DNA from: the human T2T-CHM13v2.0 reference genome, Homo sapiens
Assembly: GCF_009914755.1 (NCBI RefSeq)
Contig: NC_060934.1
Direction: 5' to 3' (one strand)
DNA: 64,000 nucleotides
Shown: positions 42,960-60,191 of the stretch, in pieces
How the letters are laid out: each line of letters begins with the position of its first letter
How positions within the stretch are numbered: the first letter of the stretch is position 1
The notes under the pieces: model-generated
Told to the model about the DNA's origin: nothing
The model's input: the letters and a program-made list of their open reading frames with translations, nothing else
Databases searched by the model: none
Translations under genes and position numbers: made by a program

Positions 42960-43260
42960 GGCCGGGAGCAGTGGCTCACGCCTGTAACCCCAGCACTTTG
43001 GGAGGCCGAGGCGGGCGGATCACGAGGTCGGGAGATCCAGACCATCCTGGCTAACACGGTGAAACCCTGTCTCTACTAAAAATACAAAAAAATTAGCCAG
43101 GCGTGGTGGCTGACGCCTGTAGTCCCAGCTACTCAGGAGGCTGAGGCAGGAGAATGGCGTGAACCCAGGAGGCGGAGCTTGCAATGAGCCGAGATCGCGC
43201 CACTGCATTCCAACCTGGGCGACAGAGCAAGACTCCGTCTCAAAAAAAAAAAAAAAGAAA
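42960..43260 (+). mobile_element. AluY
   Basis: Y diagnostics (ACCATCCTGGCTAACACGG, GAATGGCGTGAACC, GGAGCTTGCA); perfect 13-bp TSD AGAAAACACATGA. Confidence 0.97.
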
Positions 43261-43501
43261 AGAAAACACATGAAATATACATTTAATCAGGGATTTTAAT
43301 TTATTCAAACTATAAAAATCACTTTTGACAAGTATCTTTTTAATTTGATTTTTAACAGTAAGTAAATATATAAGGATTATTAAATATTACAAACTAAACC
43401 AGAAACTATCTGATTAACAGCTGTCAGTATTCCTCAAAAGTAAAGATGCCCTAGACCTAATGTTGATGGTTGTCTAAGTTTAAAATAAAGGAATGAACTC
43501 A

Positions 43502-44088
43502 TGTATCAGTTTTCTATTGCAGCTATGACAAATTACCAAAAACTTGACAGCTTAAAACAATACCCACTTATTATCTCACAGTTCTCTGGGTGAGAAGTCC
43601 AATACACATCTCACTGGCCTAAAATTAAGGTGTCAGCAAGGCTACATTTCTTACTAGAGGCCCCAGGGAAGAATCCACTTCTAAGCTCATTTATATTGTT
43701 GACTCAGCTGAGCTCCTTTCATTCCTTTCATTTGTAGAACTTGGGACCTCATTTCCTTGCTGACTGTCAGTGGGGAACTGCCCTCTCTCCAGTCCTTACA
43801 CATGACCTCCCTACATCTCAAAACCAGCAATGACAATGCATCAAATCCTTCACCTGCTTGGAATCTGACTTCCTTCCCGTCTCTCTCACTCAACCAAAGA
43901 GAGTTTTCTGCTTCTAAAGGCTCATGTGACTATATTAGTCCAACACAGATAATCCAGAATAATCTCCCTATTTTAACATCTGCTACCTTAATTACAGCTG
44001 CAACGTCCCTTTTGTCATAACAAGTAACATATTCATAGGATTAGGAACATCTTGGAGAGACGGGGGCAGCATTATTCATTCTACCATA
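43502..44088 (-). mobile_element. MLT1E-like MaLR LTR
   Basis: TGTATCAGTTTTCTATTGC...CAGATAATCCAGAATAATCTCCCTATTTTAA...CTACCATA. Confidence 0.8.
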
Positions 44089-44439
44089 ACTAGTGTTAAT
44101 TTAAAGGTAGACTGCTTTGCTCTTCAAGAGGAAAACAAACACACATTTTACTATAGGGAGAAAGCACATTGTTTTGCTGATTTTGAGACCATTTTTCTTA
44201 TCTTATTTGGACTTAATTATCAATAGAAAAGGCCATGCTTTAGGTGTTGACCTCCCTTAATTGGCACAGTTTCCTAGTCATCCAGATGCCTCTATTCACG
44301 GCAGTTTTAGTAGACATATAATTTAGGGGCCAGGCTTTAGCCCACTGAGAGGATAATCACCACTCTGTCATGATGAACTCTCCTCTGGGAATTCTCCAGT
44401 TTTTTTTAGGCTGAACTCTATCACAACACAAATCCTTTT

Positions 44440-44630
44440 TCAAAGTCTGTAACAATCACATTTCTATCACACACCTTTCATCACTACTAGATGGAAGGTA
44501 TATGATGGCAAGTTTTTTATGTCTTGTTCACCATGAATCACCAGTGCCAAGCACAGTGCCTGGTCCTAAGAGGTGTCCAGTGAATTTTGGTTGAGGAAAA
44601 GGATGAATGAATGAATGAATGAATGAACAA
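44440..44630 (+). mobile_element. L2 3' end with (TGAA)n tail
   Basis: GTCTTGTTCACC...GCACAGTGCCTGG...TGAATGAATGAATG. Confidence 0.75.
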
Positions 44631-44983
44631 ATAAACGCAACAGTTTAAGGAAGAACTTGGGTAGAACCAATGAAAGTAAACTGCAAAAAAATTTTCATAG
44701 ACTGTGAAACATTTGATAGACCAAATGGGTCCTGAAAGATTTCAACCAGATTCACAACTTGTTTAAAAATAAGAGTATAAACTCATTGGGATGAAATTTG
44801 CATTGCTGAAGTTTTAAACTTCCATTTTTATCTTAACATACATCAAAGAGTAGCTGAATCAATTCCTAGGTCACATCTATTGCACAATAACCATGTACTC
44901 AATAACCAAGTAAGTTGAGTCAGAACTCAATAAGGCCAAATTTTCAGATTTTACTAACTAAAATATGCAATTAATTAAATGGC

Positions 44984-45430
44984 CATACTTATGGCTATGA
45001 TTTATTAGAGAGGACACAAAGCAAAATCAGAAAAGAGAAAATGTCCAAAGGGCAAAGTCCAGAGGAAACCAGGTGCAAGCTTCCAAGGGTCCTCTCCTAG
45101 TGGAATGCCAAATTCCCCAGCAATTACTGTGACAATATGTGTGAAATGTTGTCTACCAAGAAAGCTCATCAGAGACTTGGTGCCCAAGGTATTTATTGCA
45201 GCTGGTCATCCAAGTACCCACTGCTTAGCATGTACTGAAATTTCCAGACTCCCAGAGGAAAGCAGATGTTTAGCACAAACCACATGGTTTGCATGGTTTA
45301 GACAGTGAGTCACTCTGGTCAGTTAGTGTGATGGGAACCCTCCCAAAATCTAAGTTCCCAGATGCCAGCCAAGGATCATCCTTGTAAGCAGGCCTTTCAA
45401 AGGATAATAGCCAGGGCTGCTATATTAACA
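44984..45430 (-). mobile_element. MER21-family LTR fragment
   Basis: GGAAACCAGGTGCAAGCTTCCAAG and AAGTTCCCAGATGCCAGCCAAGG...TTGTAAGCAGGCCTTTC. Confidence 0.8.
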
Positions 45431-46598
45431 GAACAATAATAACAATATTCTACACAACATTGTAGAATTTCTATAAATGTCTATGATTTTCCACCTTCAC
45501 ATGCTGAACAACGTATGTTTGAATTTCCCATTGTTCCTAAAGATTTGAGTCTTGCATATACTTTGAGAATGATTGCTGATGCTGATAAATAAACAGAGAA
45601 GCATTCACAAAGAAATCTTCATGACAAAGTTGGGTAGCATTAAAATACTGATAAATTTTACATTGAGTTATGGAAATAAATCTGTGTGGCATCAGAAAAG
45701 ATGAATATTATGGCATTAATAGGTAGCTCTGAAATATGTATCAATTTAAATTCAATAATGAATATCTCTCGCTTAAAGTGATATATTTTTATGCTGGATG
45801 TCTGAAGAAACATTTAAGAAAATAAACACTTATAAAAAGTATATGAAGAAAAAAGATCGTGTAAAAAAAACGAAATATTTTAGATTATAAAAGCTAAAAT
45901 TTTGAGCAGCTAATTCAGTTTAAATACATGTACTTATACTAGTGTGACTTTTTTGCATTAACTTGGTATATAATTGTGGACTATGATTTGCACATTTTAT
46001 TACTGCTCTTCCTCCCTACACTTTCTTTAGCAATATCTATTTATTTGTATCACAAAAATTAGAATTTATCATTCATAAAATTCTGGGCAACATTTACCTT
46101 TGTGCTCACTATGAAAAATAAAAATAAAAAATAATTAATAATATTAGCAAGATTTAAAATGAACATTTACCTATTAAAGAGAACATGTTTTATTAATTTC
46201 TGCAGCATTTCCTGAGCAAATACTGTATGTCTGAAACTGCTAGGAAATGAAGAAAAATACTGACTAAAATAATAGATTCTTCCCTCAAAGAACTAACCTC
46301 TAATGGGAGAAACAGGCTTTTGAACAAATGAATTTAGTAAGTGCAATACTACTTGAACAGAGGTGTGTGCTAGGCATTACATAAACTCACAAAGAATAAG
46401 ATTTGAGTTTTGAACAATGGGAAGCTTGTTTGGCAGACAGAGGAAAGAATAGCATGCAAGGGAAGCTCCTCAAGGCAGACTCCAAGCTTCCTGAGTGCAG
46501 TGCTATGTTAGCCCTCCTCCTTGTCTCAGCCCCAGTGCCAGGAGCTCGACATCCCTGCAGCTGCACATTTCCCCTTCCCTCCAGGGCTCTCTACTGTT

Positions 46599-46923
46599 TT
46601 TTTTTTTGTTTGTTTGTTTGTTTGTTTGTTTGTTTGTTTTTGAAACGGAGTCTAGCTCTTTGGCCCAGGCTGGAGTGCAGTGGCGCTATCTCGGCTCACT
46701 GCCAGCTCCGCCTCCTTGGTTCACACCATTCTCCTGCCTCAGCCTCCTGAGTAGCTGGGACTACAGGTGCCCGCCACCACGCCCAGCTAATTTTTTGTAT
46801 TTTTCAGTAGAGACGGGGTTTCACCATGTTAGCCAGGATGGTCTCGATCTCCTGACCTCGTGATCCGCCCACCTCGGCCTCCCAAAGTGCTGGGATTACA
46901 GGCGTGAGCCACCGCGCCCGGCC
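46599..46923 (-). mobile_element. AluY with (CAAA)n tail
   Basis: Y diagnostics; perfect 17-bp TSD CAGGGCTCTCTACTGTT at 46582-46598 and 46924-46940. Confidence 0.97.
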
Positions 46924-47584
46924 CAGGGCTCTCTACTGTTACAGAGGCTGCAGGGTCCCTGCTTCTGGCAAAGGCCTTTCCAACTCTGATACCCCAGGGC
47001 CCACTCCCTCTTGCGGTTTCAAGCCTTTCTCCTATAGTTATGTCCCTCTCTACTGCATTTTGAATTTCTCCCTCTCCACTGAGTTACTCCCAGAGAACAG
47101 AGATGCTTTCATGTTTCCCATCTTAAAAAGGACAAAAATACAAAAATACAAAAAAAAAAAAAATTTCTTGGGCCCACCCACTCATCTGCTCCTCCAATAC
47201 CTATTCCATTTCTCAAAAATTTCACAAAAGTGTTAACTAGATTTAGTCTCCACTTTCACATCTCCTATTTGCTCTTTTTAAATTTAATTAGATGTTTCAA
47301 AGTGAAAACTAGAAATTATTATATCAGCAAATACATGCACCCATGTCCCAGAACTTAAAATTTTTGCCAACTATTTCAAAATTTTTTTTATTATACTTTA
47401 AGTTCTGGGGTATGTGTGCAGAACATGCAGGTTTGTTACATAGGTATACACATGCCATGGTGGTTTGCTGCACCCATCAACCTGTCATCTACATTAGGTA
47501 TTTCTCCTAATGCTATCCCTCCCCTAGCCCCCCTACCCAACAGACCCTGATGTTCCCCTCCCTGTGCCCATGTGTTCTCATTGT

Positions 47585-51479
<3,895 letters not shown>

Positions 51480-51542
51480 TATGATGCTAGCTGGTTATTT
51501 TGCCCGTTAGTTGATGCAGTTTCTTCATAGTGTCGATGGTCT

Positions 51543-52568
51543 TTACAATTTGGCATGTTTTTTCAGTGGCTGATACTGGTTGTTCCTCTCCATGTTTTGT
51601 GCTTCCTTCAGGAACTCTTGTAAGGCAGGCCTGGTGGTGACAAAATCTCTCAGCATTTGCTTTTCTGTAAAGGATTTTATTTCTCTTTCACTTATGAAGC
51701 TTAATTTGACTGGATATGAAATTCTGGGCTGAAAATTCTTTTCTTTAAGAATGTCAAATATTGGCCCCCACTCTCTTCTGGCTTGTAGGGTTTCTGCAGA
51801 GAGATCTGCTGTTAGTCTGATAGGCTTTCCTTTGTGGGTAACCCGACCTTTCTCTCTGGCTGCCCTTAACATTTTTTCCTTCATTTCAACCTTGGTGAAT
51901 CTGACGATTACGTGTCTTGGGGTTTCTCTTCTTGAGAAGTATCTTTGTGGTGTTCTCTGTATTTCCTGAATTTGAATGTTGGCCTGTCTTGCTAGGTTGG
52001 GGAAGTTCTCCTGGATAATATCCTGCAGAGTGTTTTCCAACTTGGTTCCATTCTCCCCATCACTTTCAGGTACACCAATCAAACGTAGGTTTCATCTTTT
52101 CACATAGTCCCACGGTTTTTGGAGGCTTTGTTCATTCCTTTTCATTCTTTTATCTCTAATCTTGTCTTCTCGCTTTACTTCATTAAGTTGATTTTCAATC
52201 TCTGATATCCTTTCTTCCACTTGATCAATTAGGCTATTGATACTTGTGTATGCTTCATGAAGTTCTCGTGCTGTGTTTTGCAGCTCCATCAGGTCATTTA
52301 TGTCCTTCTCTAAACTGGTTATTCTAGTCAGCAATTCCTCTAACCTTTTTTCAATGTTCTTAGCTTCCTCGCATTGGGTTAGAACATGCTCCTTTCACTC
52401 AGAGGAGTTTGTTATTACCCACCTTCTGAAGCCTACTTCCGTCAATTTGTCAAACTCATTCTCTGTCCAGTTTTGTTCCCTTGCTGGTGAGGAATTGTGA
52501 TCCTTTGGAGGAGAAAAGGCATTCTGGTTTTTGGAATTTTCAGCCTTTTTGCACTGGTTTTTCTTCAT
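51543..52568 (-). pseudogene. Disrupted L1 ORF1 (RNA-binding protein)
   Basis: ATG at 52568 reads MKKNQCKKAENSKNQNA... and stops early; downstream fragments contain LRAAREKG, ARREW and RISYP. Confidence 0.93.
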
Positions 52569-54356
52569 CTTTGTGGATTTATCTACCTTTGGTCTTTGGT
52601 GTTGGTGACCTTCGGATGGGTTTTCTTTGTGGACATCCTTTTTGTTGATGTCGATACTATTCCTTTCTGTTTGTTAGTTTTCCTTCTAACAGGCCCCTCT
52701 GCTGCACCTCTGCTGGAGTTTGCTGGAGGTCCACTTCAGACCCTGTTTGCCTGGGTATCACCAGCAAAGGCTGCAGAACAGCAAAGATTGCTGTCTGTTC
52801 CTTCCTCTGGAAGCTTCATCCCAGAGGGGCACCCACCAGATACCAGCCAGAGCTCTCCTGTATGAGGTGTCTGTTGACACCTGCTGGGAGGTGTCTCCCC
52901 ATCAGGAGGCATGGGGGTAAGGGACCCACTCAAGGAGGCCGTCTGTCCCTTAGCAGAGCTCGAGTTCACTCAATTTTTATAATAACTTTGTATTCTTTTA
53001 AATCCTTATTTTACAGAGGTTTAACAGTTAGGTGACTTGCCTAAGGTCACACGAAGTAAATTTCAGACCTGGAATTCCAATATAGGTTTGTTTGCTAAAC
53101 CCAAGAGACTAAACATTGTACTTTGCGGCCCTTCAATATGAATGCAAAACAAGAGTTTTTTAATCCATAAGTAGATATCAGTGCTACCACTGTAATAACA
53201 CTATCTGTGTTAACACACAACCTGGTGATTACAGATGTGCAGTAAATATGGAGTGGCTAAATAAACATTTTTAAAATTTTTCTCTCCTATTGTGTTGTTC
53301 AGATTATTAATTTATTTTTTTTATGCTGCATAGTCATGTTAAGTGGGGGAAATGAGAACAGGGCTTGAAATTTCAGTCTGTTGAATTTGCTTCATCTTTA
53401 TTTCAGGCAGTGGGGAAAGCAGAGGGAAAAGTATAAGTGACTGGGATTCGTCGCATCAACGTTGCTGTATTCATGCCAGGAGATATTTAGTTTAACTCCC
53501 CAGAAGCAGGATCAGTCACTGTTATTTTAGAAAAAGCAGCTGAAATGGGAAATTGGAGACGTGAGTATTTCTATCTCATATGACTATCTGACTCTTTACA
53601 CTGAACTAAGATCTTTTTGTACAGAACACTCCCCAATTCCCTTCTTACAAAAAGAATATGTATCTCCATTTAAAGAGTCATCTCTGCTTCTTCCTTTATG
53701 GAAAGAGTGAATTTCCTGAATATTTCATTTCAAAGCCTGTGATCAATTTTGTCTGAACCTTTTTCTCACAAATATACCCAAATGCATTGTATTTACTGCT
53801 CTGAGACAAGAATATTGCTGTGACAGAACAGTTGTCTTTAATAAAATCAACATTTTTTCCTGAGGATTAATAGCTTTAGTCACCAGAAATAACGAAAAGT
53901 AAGGTAGCTCCTCAAATTCACCTGGCAAGCAGCTGCTTCACTAGCACATGCTGAGGAATAAACTAGAGGCTGGCCTTGATTTGGTGGTAACCAATAACTG
54001 TGAGCCACTATGCCCAGCCAGAAGAAGCCAAAGGTAGAATGGGTGCCCCTAGTCAACTTTATCCTTGCTAAGCAAAGTGAGAAATTGTGTGTGGTGTACA
54101 GTTCTAGCAATAAAGAATGAAAGTTGAAAGATGAGGACTCTCTTAGTCCATTCAGGATGATATAACAAAATATCATAACCTGGGTGGCTTAAAAACAACA
54201 GATATTTATTTCTCACAGTTGTAGAGGCTGAGAATTCCAAGATCAAGGTGCTGGCAGATTTAGTACCTGGTGAGAGCCTGCTTCTTGGTCCAGAGCAGTC
54301 TTTTCACTATAACCTCACCTGGCAGAACAATCAAGAAGAGTCTCTCTCTAGATTCA

Positions 54357-54630
<274 letters not shown>

Positions 54631-54651
54631 TAGCTTCTTTAATAAGCCCAC

Positions 54652-55045
54652 TGATGTGCTTTAAATGCTTGTCTCCCCCAAAACTCATGTTCAAATTTAA
54701 TTGCCATTATAGCATTATTAAGAGGTGGGACCCTGAAGAGGTGATTAGGCCGGGGGTCTATGCCTTCATACATGAGATTAATGCCCATTATAAAAGGGAG
54801 AGTTCTGGCCTCCTTGCCACCTCTCTCTTTGCCTTTCCACCGTTCTCCAAGTGAAGATGAATATTTCCTCCCCTCTCGAGGATACAGCCTTCAAGGAGCT
54901 ATCTTGGAATTAGAATCGCCAAACCTGCAGGTGCCTTGATATGCGATTTCCCAGCCACCAGAACCATGAGCCAGTAAATTTCTATTCTTTGGAAATTGTC
55001 CAGTCTGTGGTATTCTGTTATAGCAGCACAAAAGCAACTAAGACA
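54652..55045 (+). mobile_element. MST-family (MSTC/D-like) MaLR LTR
   Basis: CCCCAAAACTCATGTT.AAATTTAATTGCC...GGTATTCTGTTATAGCAGCAC...CTAAGACA. Confidence 0.85.
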
Positions 55046-56038
55046 CACTCTAGTCCCATGGATGATGGCTCTGCCCCCATGACTGAATCATCTCCCAAAG
55101 CCCCACCACCTAATATTATCACCTTGGGGATTAGGATATCAGCATGTAAGTTTGGGGAGGAAGCAAACATTAAGACTGTAGCAAGGCCATTGAAAAATGC
55201 TTTCTGTAAGTTAATAGACTTTTTAAAGTGGGTTTTGTGTAAGCAGTTAAAATCAGAAGTGACTAAAGGTCTTATTTTCCTAAGATGATTCATCATAAGA
55301 GCAATTAAAGCCAATTAATGGCCTTCCATGATGAGCACAGGAAGTATACCTAAAAATCATTTCTTTATTAAACAATGAACAATTGCATAAATCATTGCCA
55401 AAACACCACAAAGTTATGGTAAAATCCCAAGAGATAAGAATGTGAAAATTGACCCAAAGAACCACACTACATCTTTCTGCCTCCTCAGTCTTCCTCGCTG
55501 TAAGCCATCTTATACAAATCTGGATTTCTCCCTCCCTTATCTTCCTGCTTGTTCAGTCTTCAGAAGACCACATTATAGCTCATTCATCTACTGGGCACTA
55601 CTCATACTGGTTAAGAAAATGAGCTCTGGAGCAAGACTTCTTCAGTTGAATCCTATCTCAGCTTTGTGACCTGAGCAATTTACTTAGCATCTCTGGGAAT
55701 GATACCTTTTTTAGGTTTGTTGCAAAGATTAAATGAGTTCCTTACATGAAGAGTATTTAGAATAATGCCTGTTACACGGTAACTGCTGTTGTTGCTGTTA
55801 TTGTTGTTTTTTTTTTCAATTCTGGTTGTTATTTCTAATCAAATATAAACCATAAATCATGAATTTCAAAGTCCTACTCTTCCTTCCATTTTACCTTGAT
55901 CATCTAGTATGCCCTAGCTTAGTAGTTTTCAAAGCAGGGGTCCAGGGAGAAGGTACTTATGGGAACCACCTAGAGTACTTTTGCCAACCACTCATTTTGT
56001 GTCCGCATTCCAAACTATGAATCAAGAAAGAAAAAAAT

Positions 56039-56343
56039 GGCTGGGCATAGTGTCCGTTTTTATACCTGTAACTTTAGCACTTGGCATAGCCAAGACAGGC
56101 AGACTGCTTGAGCCCAGGAGTTCGGGACCAGCGTGGGCAACATGGAGAAACCTCATCTCTATAAAAAATACACACGTTTGCCAGGCATGGCGGCATGTGC
56201 CTGTGGTCCCAGCTTATTTGGGAGGCTGAGTTGGTAGGGTTGCTTGAGCCCAGGAGGACAAAGCTGCAATGAGCTGTGATCATACCACGGCATTCTAGCC
56301 TGGGTGACAGAGCAAGAACCTGTCTCAAAAAAAAGAAAAAAAA
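56039..56343 (+). mobile_element. AluJ
   Basis: Diverged full dimer with A-rich TSD-like flanks. Confidence 0.9.
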
Positions 56344-56646
56344 TCTCGGGAAGAAATGACTGGACATACGTGTTTTGAAAAAGCTCCTCTGGTTAAAAAT
56401 AAACATGACATATTCAACTGGCAACTCTAAGGCTTTGAACAAATAATCCTTTCATGAAAAATAGCTTATCCTCTCATCTTAAGAAATCAGGCACAAGCCT
56501 CATTTGAAATGCTTTTAAGCATCACCACTTCTGTGAAATCATCCAAAGTGAAACTTATTTCTACAAAATACTTTGTTTACTCTATTGATTCCCAGGCATT
56601 TCTGTTCTATTAAAGCTGACTGTATATACACAATAAACTTTTCCTG

Positions 56647-57390
56647 TGGCAGTCAGGGCTCACAGACTCAAACGCCTTCAGGAGCTCGGCCAGTAACATA
56701 AACGAGTAAAATACACCACCAAATCGTGAAAGCACATGACCTTCAGCTTCAATATCAGAGATGCAATAGGGATTCTCAGGGATTATGGCAGAATAAAAAA
56801 TACAAGAATCTTCTATAGAGTATGTATTTGTCCATTCTCACACTGCTATAAAGAACTGTCTGAGACTGGATAATTAATAAAGGAAAGAGATTTAAGTGAC
56901 AGTTCCACATGGCTGGGAAGGCCTCAGGAAACTTGCAGTAATGGTAGAAGGCAAAGAGGAAGCAAGCACCTTCTTCACAAGGTGGCAGGAGAGAGAAGAG
57001 CAAGGGAAACTGCTCCTTATAAAACCATCCCATCCCATGAGAACTCATTCACTATCACAAGAACAGCATGGGGGAAACCACTCCCATGATCCAATCACCT
57101 ACCACCACCTCCCTCCTTTGACACATGGGGATTACAATTCGAGATGAGATTTGGGTGCAGACACAGAGCCAAACCACAGCAGGACACTATTCAGCTCTAA
57201 CAATTGTTTAGTGACATGTGGGAAAGGAGGCTCAACACTGCTAGAAATTCCAGTTATTAAAAAACTATAAATATCGAATATTACATTATTTTTGCATTTT
57301 AAAAAGCCATTAACAACTAAATCAAATTTAAAACCCTGTATGGGCAAACACCATAGACTCAACAATGCATACCTTCTGGCAAAAATCAGC
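56647..57390. mobile_element. MER102-like hAT fossil interrupted by an MSTA/THE1 LTR
   Basis: CAGACTCAAACGCCTTCAGG...CAGTAACATAAACGAGT left of the LTR; CTATTCAGCTC...CACTGCTAGA right of it. Confidence 0.5.
56823..57181 (-). mobile_element. MSTA/THE1D-like MaLR LTR
   Basis: TGTATTTGTCCATTCTCACACTGCTATAAAGAAC...GGGGATTACAATTCGAGATGAGATTTGGGTG. Confidence 0.9.
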
Positions 57391-57803
57391 CTTTCAATTA
57401 ACAATTATAATCCTGCTTTACATGCTCTTGCTCTTTCACAGAACATAAGATGCTTAAAGGCTCTCTGGACACTTTCTTCACAAGATTCCTCACAGTACAC
57501 ATTGCTGTTTAATAACTGTCTTGCCACTGTTACCATAAAAGAAAGAGCAAATTCTGCATTGTCTACCATTTTACCCCCAGTGCCTATCTTAGTGCTGGGC
57601 ACAAAAATGGTGCTTGATACATATTTGTTGACTGTCTAATGAAGGCAGGGCCTCAACTTTATCTTCCTCTGTTAATTCAAGGATATTTAACATAGCATTC
57701 TGCAGATAATACACACTATAGAAGTATAGAAGGCTCACATCCAAATTGAATATAGATGGGACAGTAATCAACAATGCCCTCTGGTGAGCATAATGTAAAC
57801 TTT

Positions 57804-58405
57804 TGTTATAGGACCAACAGATTTGTATGCTCACTGTGCAGTAATAGTCCAACACAGTGAGACAGCAAGGATTGCAGCAGAGAAAGAGTTTAATGATTGC
57901 AAGGTGCCAAATGAGGAGATGGAAGGAGACCATCAAATCCAAATTCCTTAACCACAGTTTAGGGCTGTGGATTTTAGGAGGATTATGGAGGGTGAGGGGC
58001 TGAAAAACTGGGGTTGTTAATTGGTTGGAGTAAGGGGTAAGGAGGAGGAATTCATCAGGATGTGGAAGCTGCATTCTTTATTGAGTCAGCTCCTCATGGA
58101 GTCCTTCATAGTAGCTGGTGTCAGTAGTTTCACTGGTATGCAGGATCTGAATGAATATCTCAAATGGAAAACAACATTTCACAATGTTCAAACTGTTATC
58201 TATAGAGCTGTTAAGGGGAACTATAATCTTAGGACAGGTTCTGCATGGTTCTGAAGCAATAGGCCACAAACAACTATGAGGGAATGGACCAGAAAGCAAG
58301 CTGACCTAATGATTAATGCTGAATGTGCTGCAAGCCTGGTTTATTTTGTTTCTTCCCCTCCCTTTTTTCCTAATTAATTTTACAAAGTTTATAAGGACAG
58401 TTTTA
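57804..58405 (-). mobile_element. LTR26-like (ERV1) solo LTR
   Basis: 602 bp; minus-strand start resembles LTR26 (...GCTTGCAGCACATTCAGCATTAATCATTAGGTCAGC); perfect 4-bp TSD CTTT. Confidence 0.82.
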
Positions 58406-59604
58406 CTTTTAGCTATAAAAGCAAACTGGAAACTAGCAGAATTTGAGCAAATACTTGAAAAATTAAAATCAAAGCTAATCTACTTTGGAGCTGACTTTCC
58501 TTGATGTGCCAGAAGTTCTTGGGCTCTCTTGCCTCAATTATCAGAACCTTGCCATTTTGTATATGGTAATCCTCCCTTCACCTGGAAAATAGATGTTCTT
58601 CATAAACTATCACCAAAAGTACAGGGTACCACAAGCATTAAGATGGTCTTTTCCTAAGAGACAACTCACGTAAGTTAAAAGGAAGGAAATGAAATAATGA
58701 GAAAATCTTCAAAATCTTTTACATCTTGTATTATATCATGAGAACTTTTTGGATTTTTTCTTCCTTGTGATATTCTGTTAAGAAAGAGAGAAAGCCTGCG
58801 TTTGGTGCACCAAATAAAGAATGGAAAGTTGTAGCTGATGTCACATAAAACGGAGTCAGGTCATCCCTGTCCCCAAGGAAGCAGTGACCAGGTTATGCAA
58901 ACAAAGCCAAGACTGGAGGTAAAGGGAGAAAAAAATGGGAATAAGTTTGGCCTTTAGAAAGAATTCAAAGACAGAAACCTCACAATTCAAGAACTGAAAA
59001 AGCAGTTTAGTTTATGTATAATTCCTAACAATAATATTTTAAAACTCTTTTTACTGATGTCCACCCTAGAGTGCTAATTTACAGAAAAGACTAATATTTA
59101 ATTAAGGACCTGAAATGAAGTTCTCTTCTGATATTAAGTAAAAAATTTTCTTAAAACACTTGCATTCCCTTTGGCTATAGAGACCCAAGATGATGATAGC
59201 TGGCATTTATTTAGAACTTATGTCATTTAATTCTCACAACATCTCTATAAGATGGTATGAATCCAAGTCCACCTGTGCTCTGAACCATTCCATTCAACCA
59301 TAGTTTCTCGGTGTGAATTTTTAAAAAGAATTGCTAACAGTCTGTTTGAAGAACACATTTAATATTCCTGTTGCCCCAACAACATAGATACAGCAGTGCT
59401 GACATGTAATTCAGCCTGTTTTATAGAGAAATTGAGTTTTCCACATTTGTTTTCACATTGGAGACCTTTCATTGCTATTAAATATTAAATTTAGACCTTT
59501 GATAACAAGAATAACACTTTCTTTTAAAGAAAAGCCTATTTTACTCAATTCTGCCTTTTTGTAATTTTCCTGCGCACTACTAAAAACTCCCTGCAAATAG
59601 GACT

Positions 59605-60191
59605 TGTATTCATTTTCTATTGCCATATAAAAAATTACTACAAATATAATACCTTAAAGCAACAAAATATATAAGCTCACAGTTCTGTAGGTCAGAACAA
59701 TATGGCTGGATTTTCTGCTTAGAGTCTCACAAAGGGCTGTGTTCCTTTCTGCAAACTCTGGAGATGAATCCACTCCCAAGTTCATTCCTGCTCTTAACAG
59801 AATTCAATCCCTTGCACTCAAAGGACTGATGTCTGTGTTTCCTCACTGTTCGTCAAACAGGAGCCACATTCAACTTCCAGAGGCTGCCTATGGCCCTCTT
59901 CATATGACCCCTTCCATCTTCAGAGCCAGCAGCAAGAAGTCAGCTCTTTCTTGGGCTTTGAATCTCTCTGACTTTCTCTTCTTTTCATGAACATATGTGA
60001 TTAGATCAGGCCCATCTGAATAATCTTCCTACTTTGAAGCCAAATAATTTGGGACTATAATTACATCTGTGAAATCACTTCGCTGTAGCACCTAGAGTAG
60101 TGTTTGATTGAATAGCCAAAGGACAGAGATTTGGGTGGGTGTTGGGGGCAGGGGGGTAGGAAGGAAGCATCTTTAGAATGCCATTACCGTA
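59605..60191 (-). mobile_element. MLT1E-like MaLR LTR
   Basis: GCTCACAGTTCTGTAGGTCAGAA...CCTAGAGTAGTGTTTGATTGAATA. Confidence 0.8.

Noticed and set aside
52720-52920. Antisense ORF in the L1 5'UTR as possible ORF0
   Set aside because: ORF0 lies further toward the L1 5' end, in the part missing here; this is a generic antisense translation with a non-ATG start
57589-58074. 161-aa ORF
   Set aside because: Starts within the LTR26-like LTR and runs into flanking sequence; no protein features
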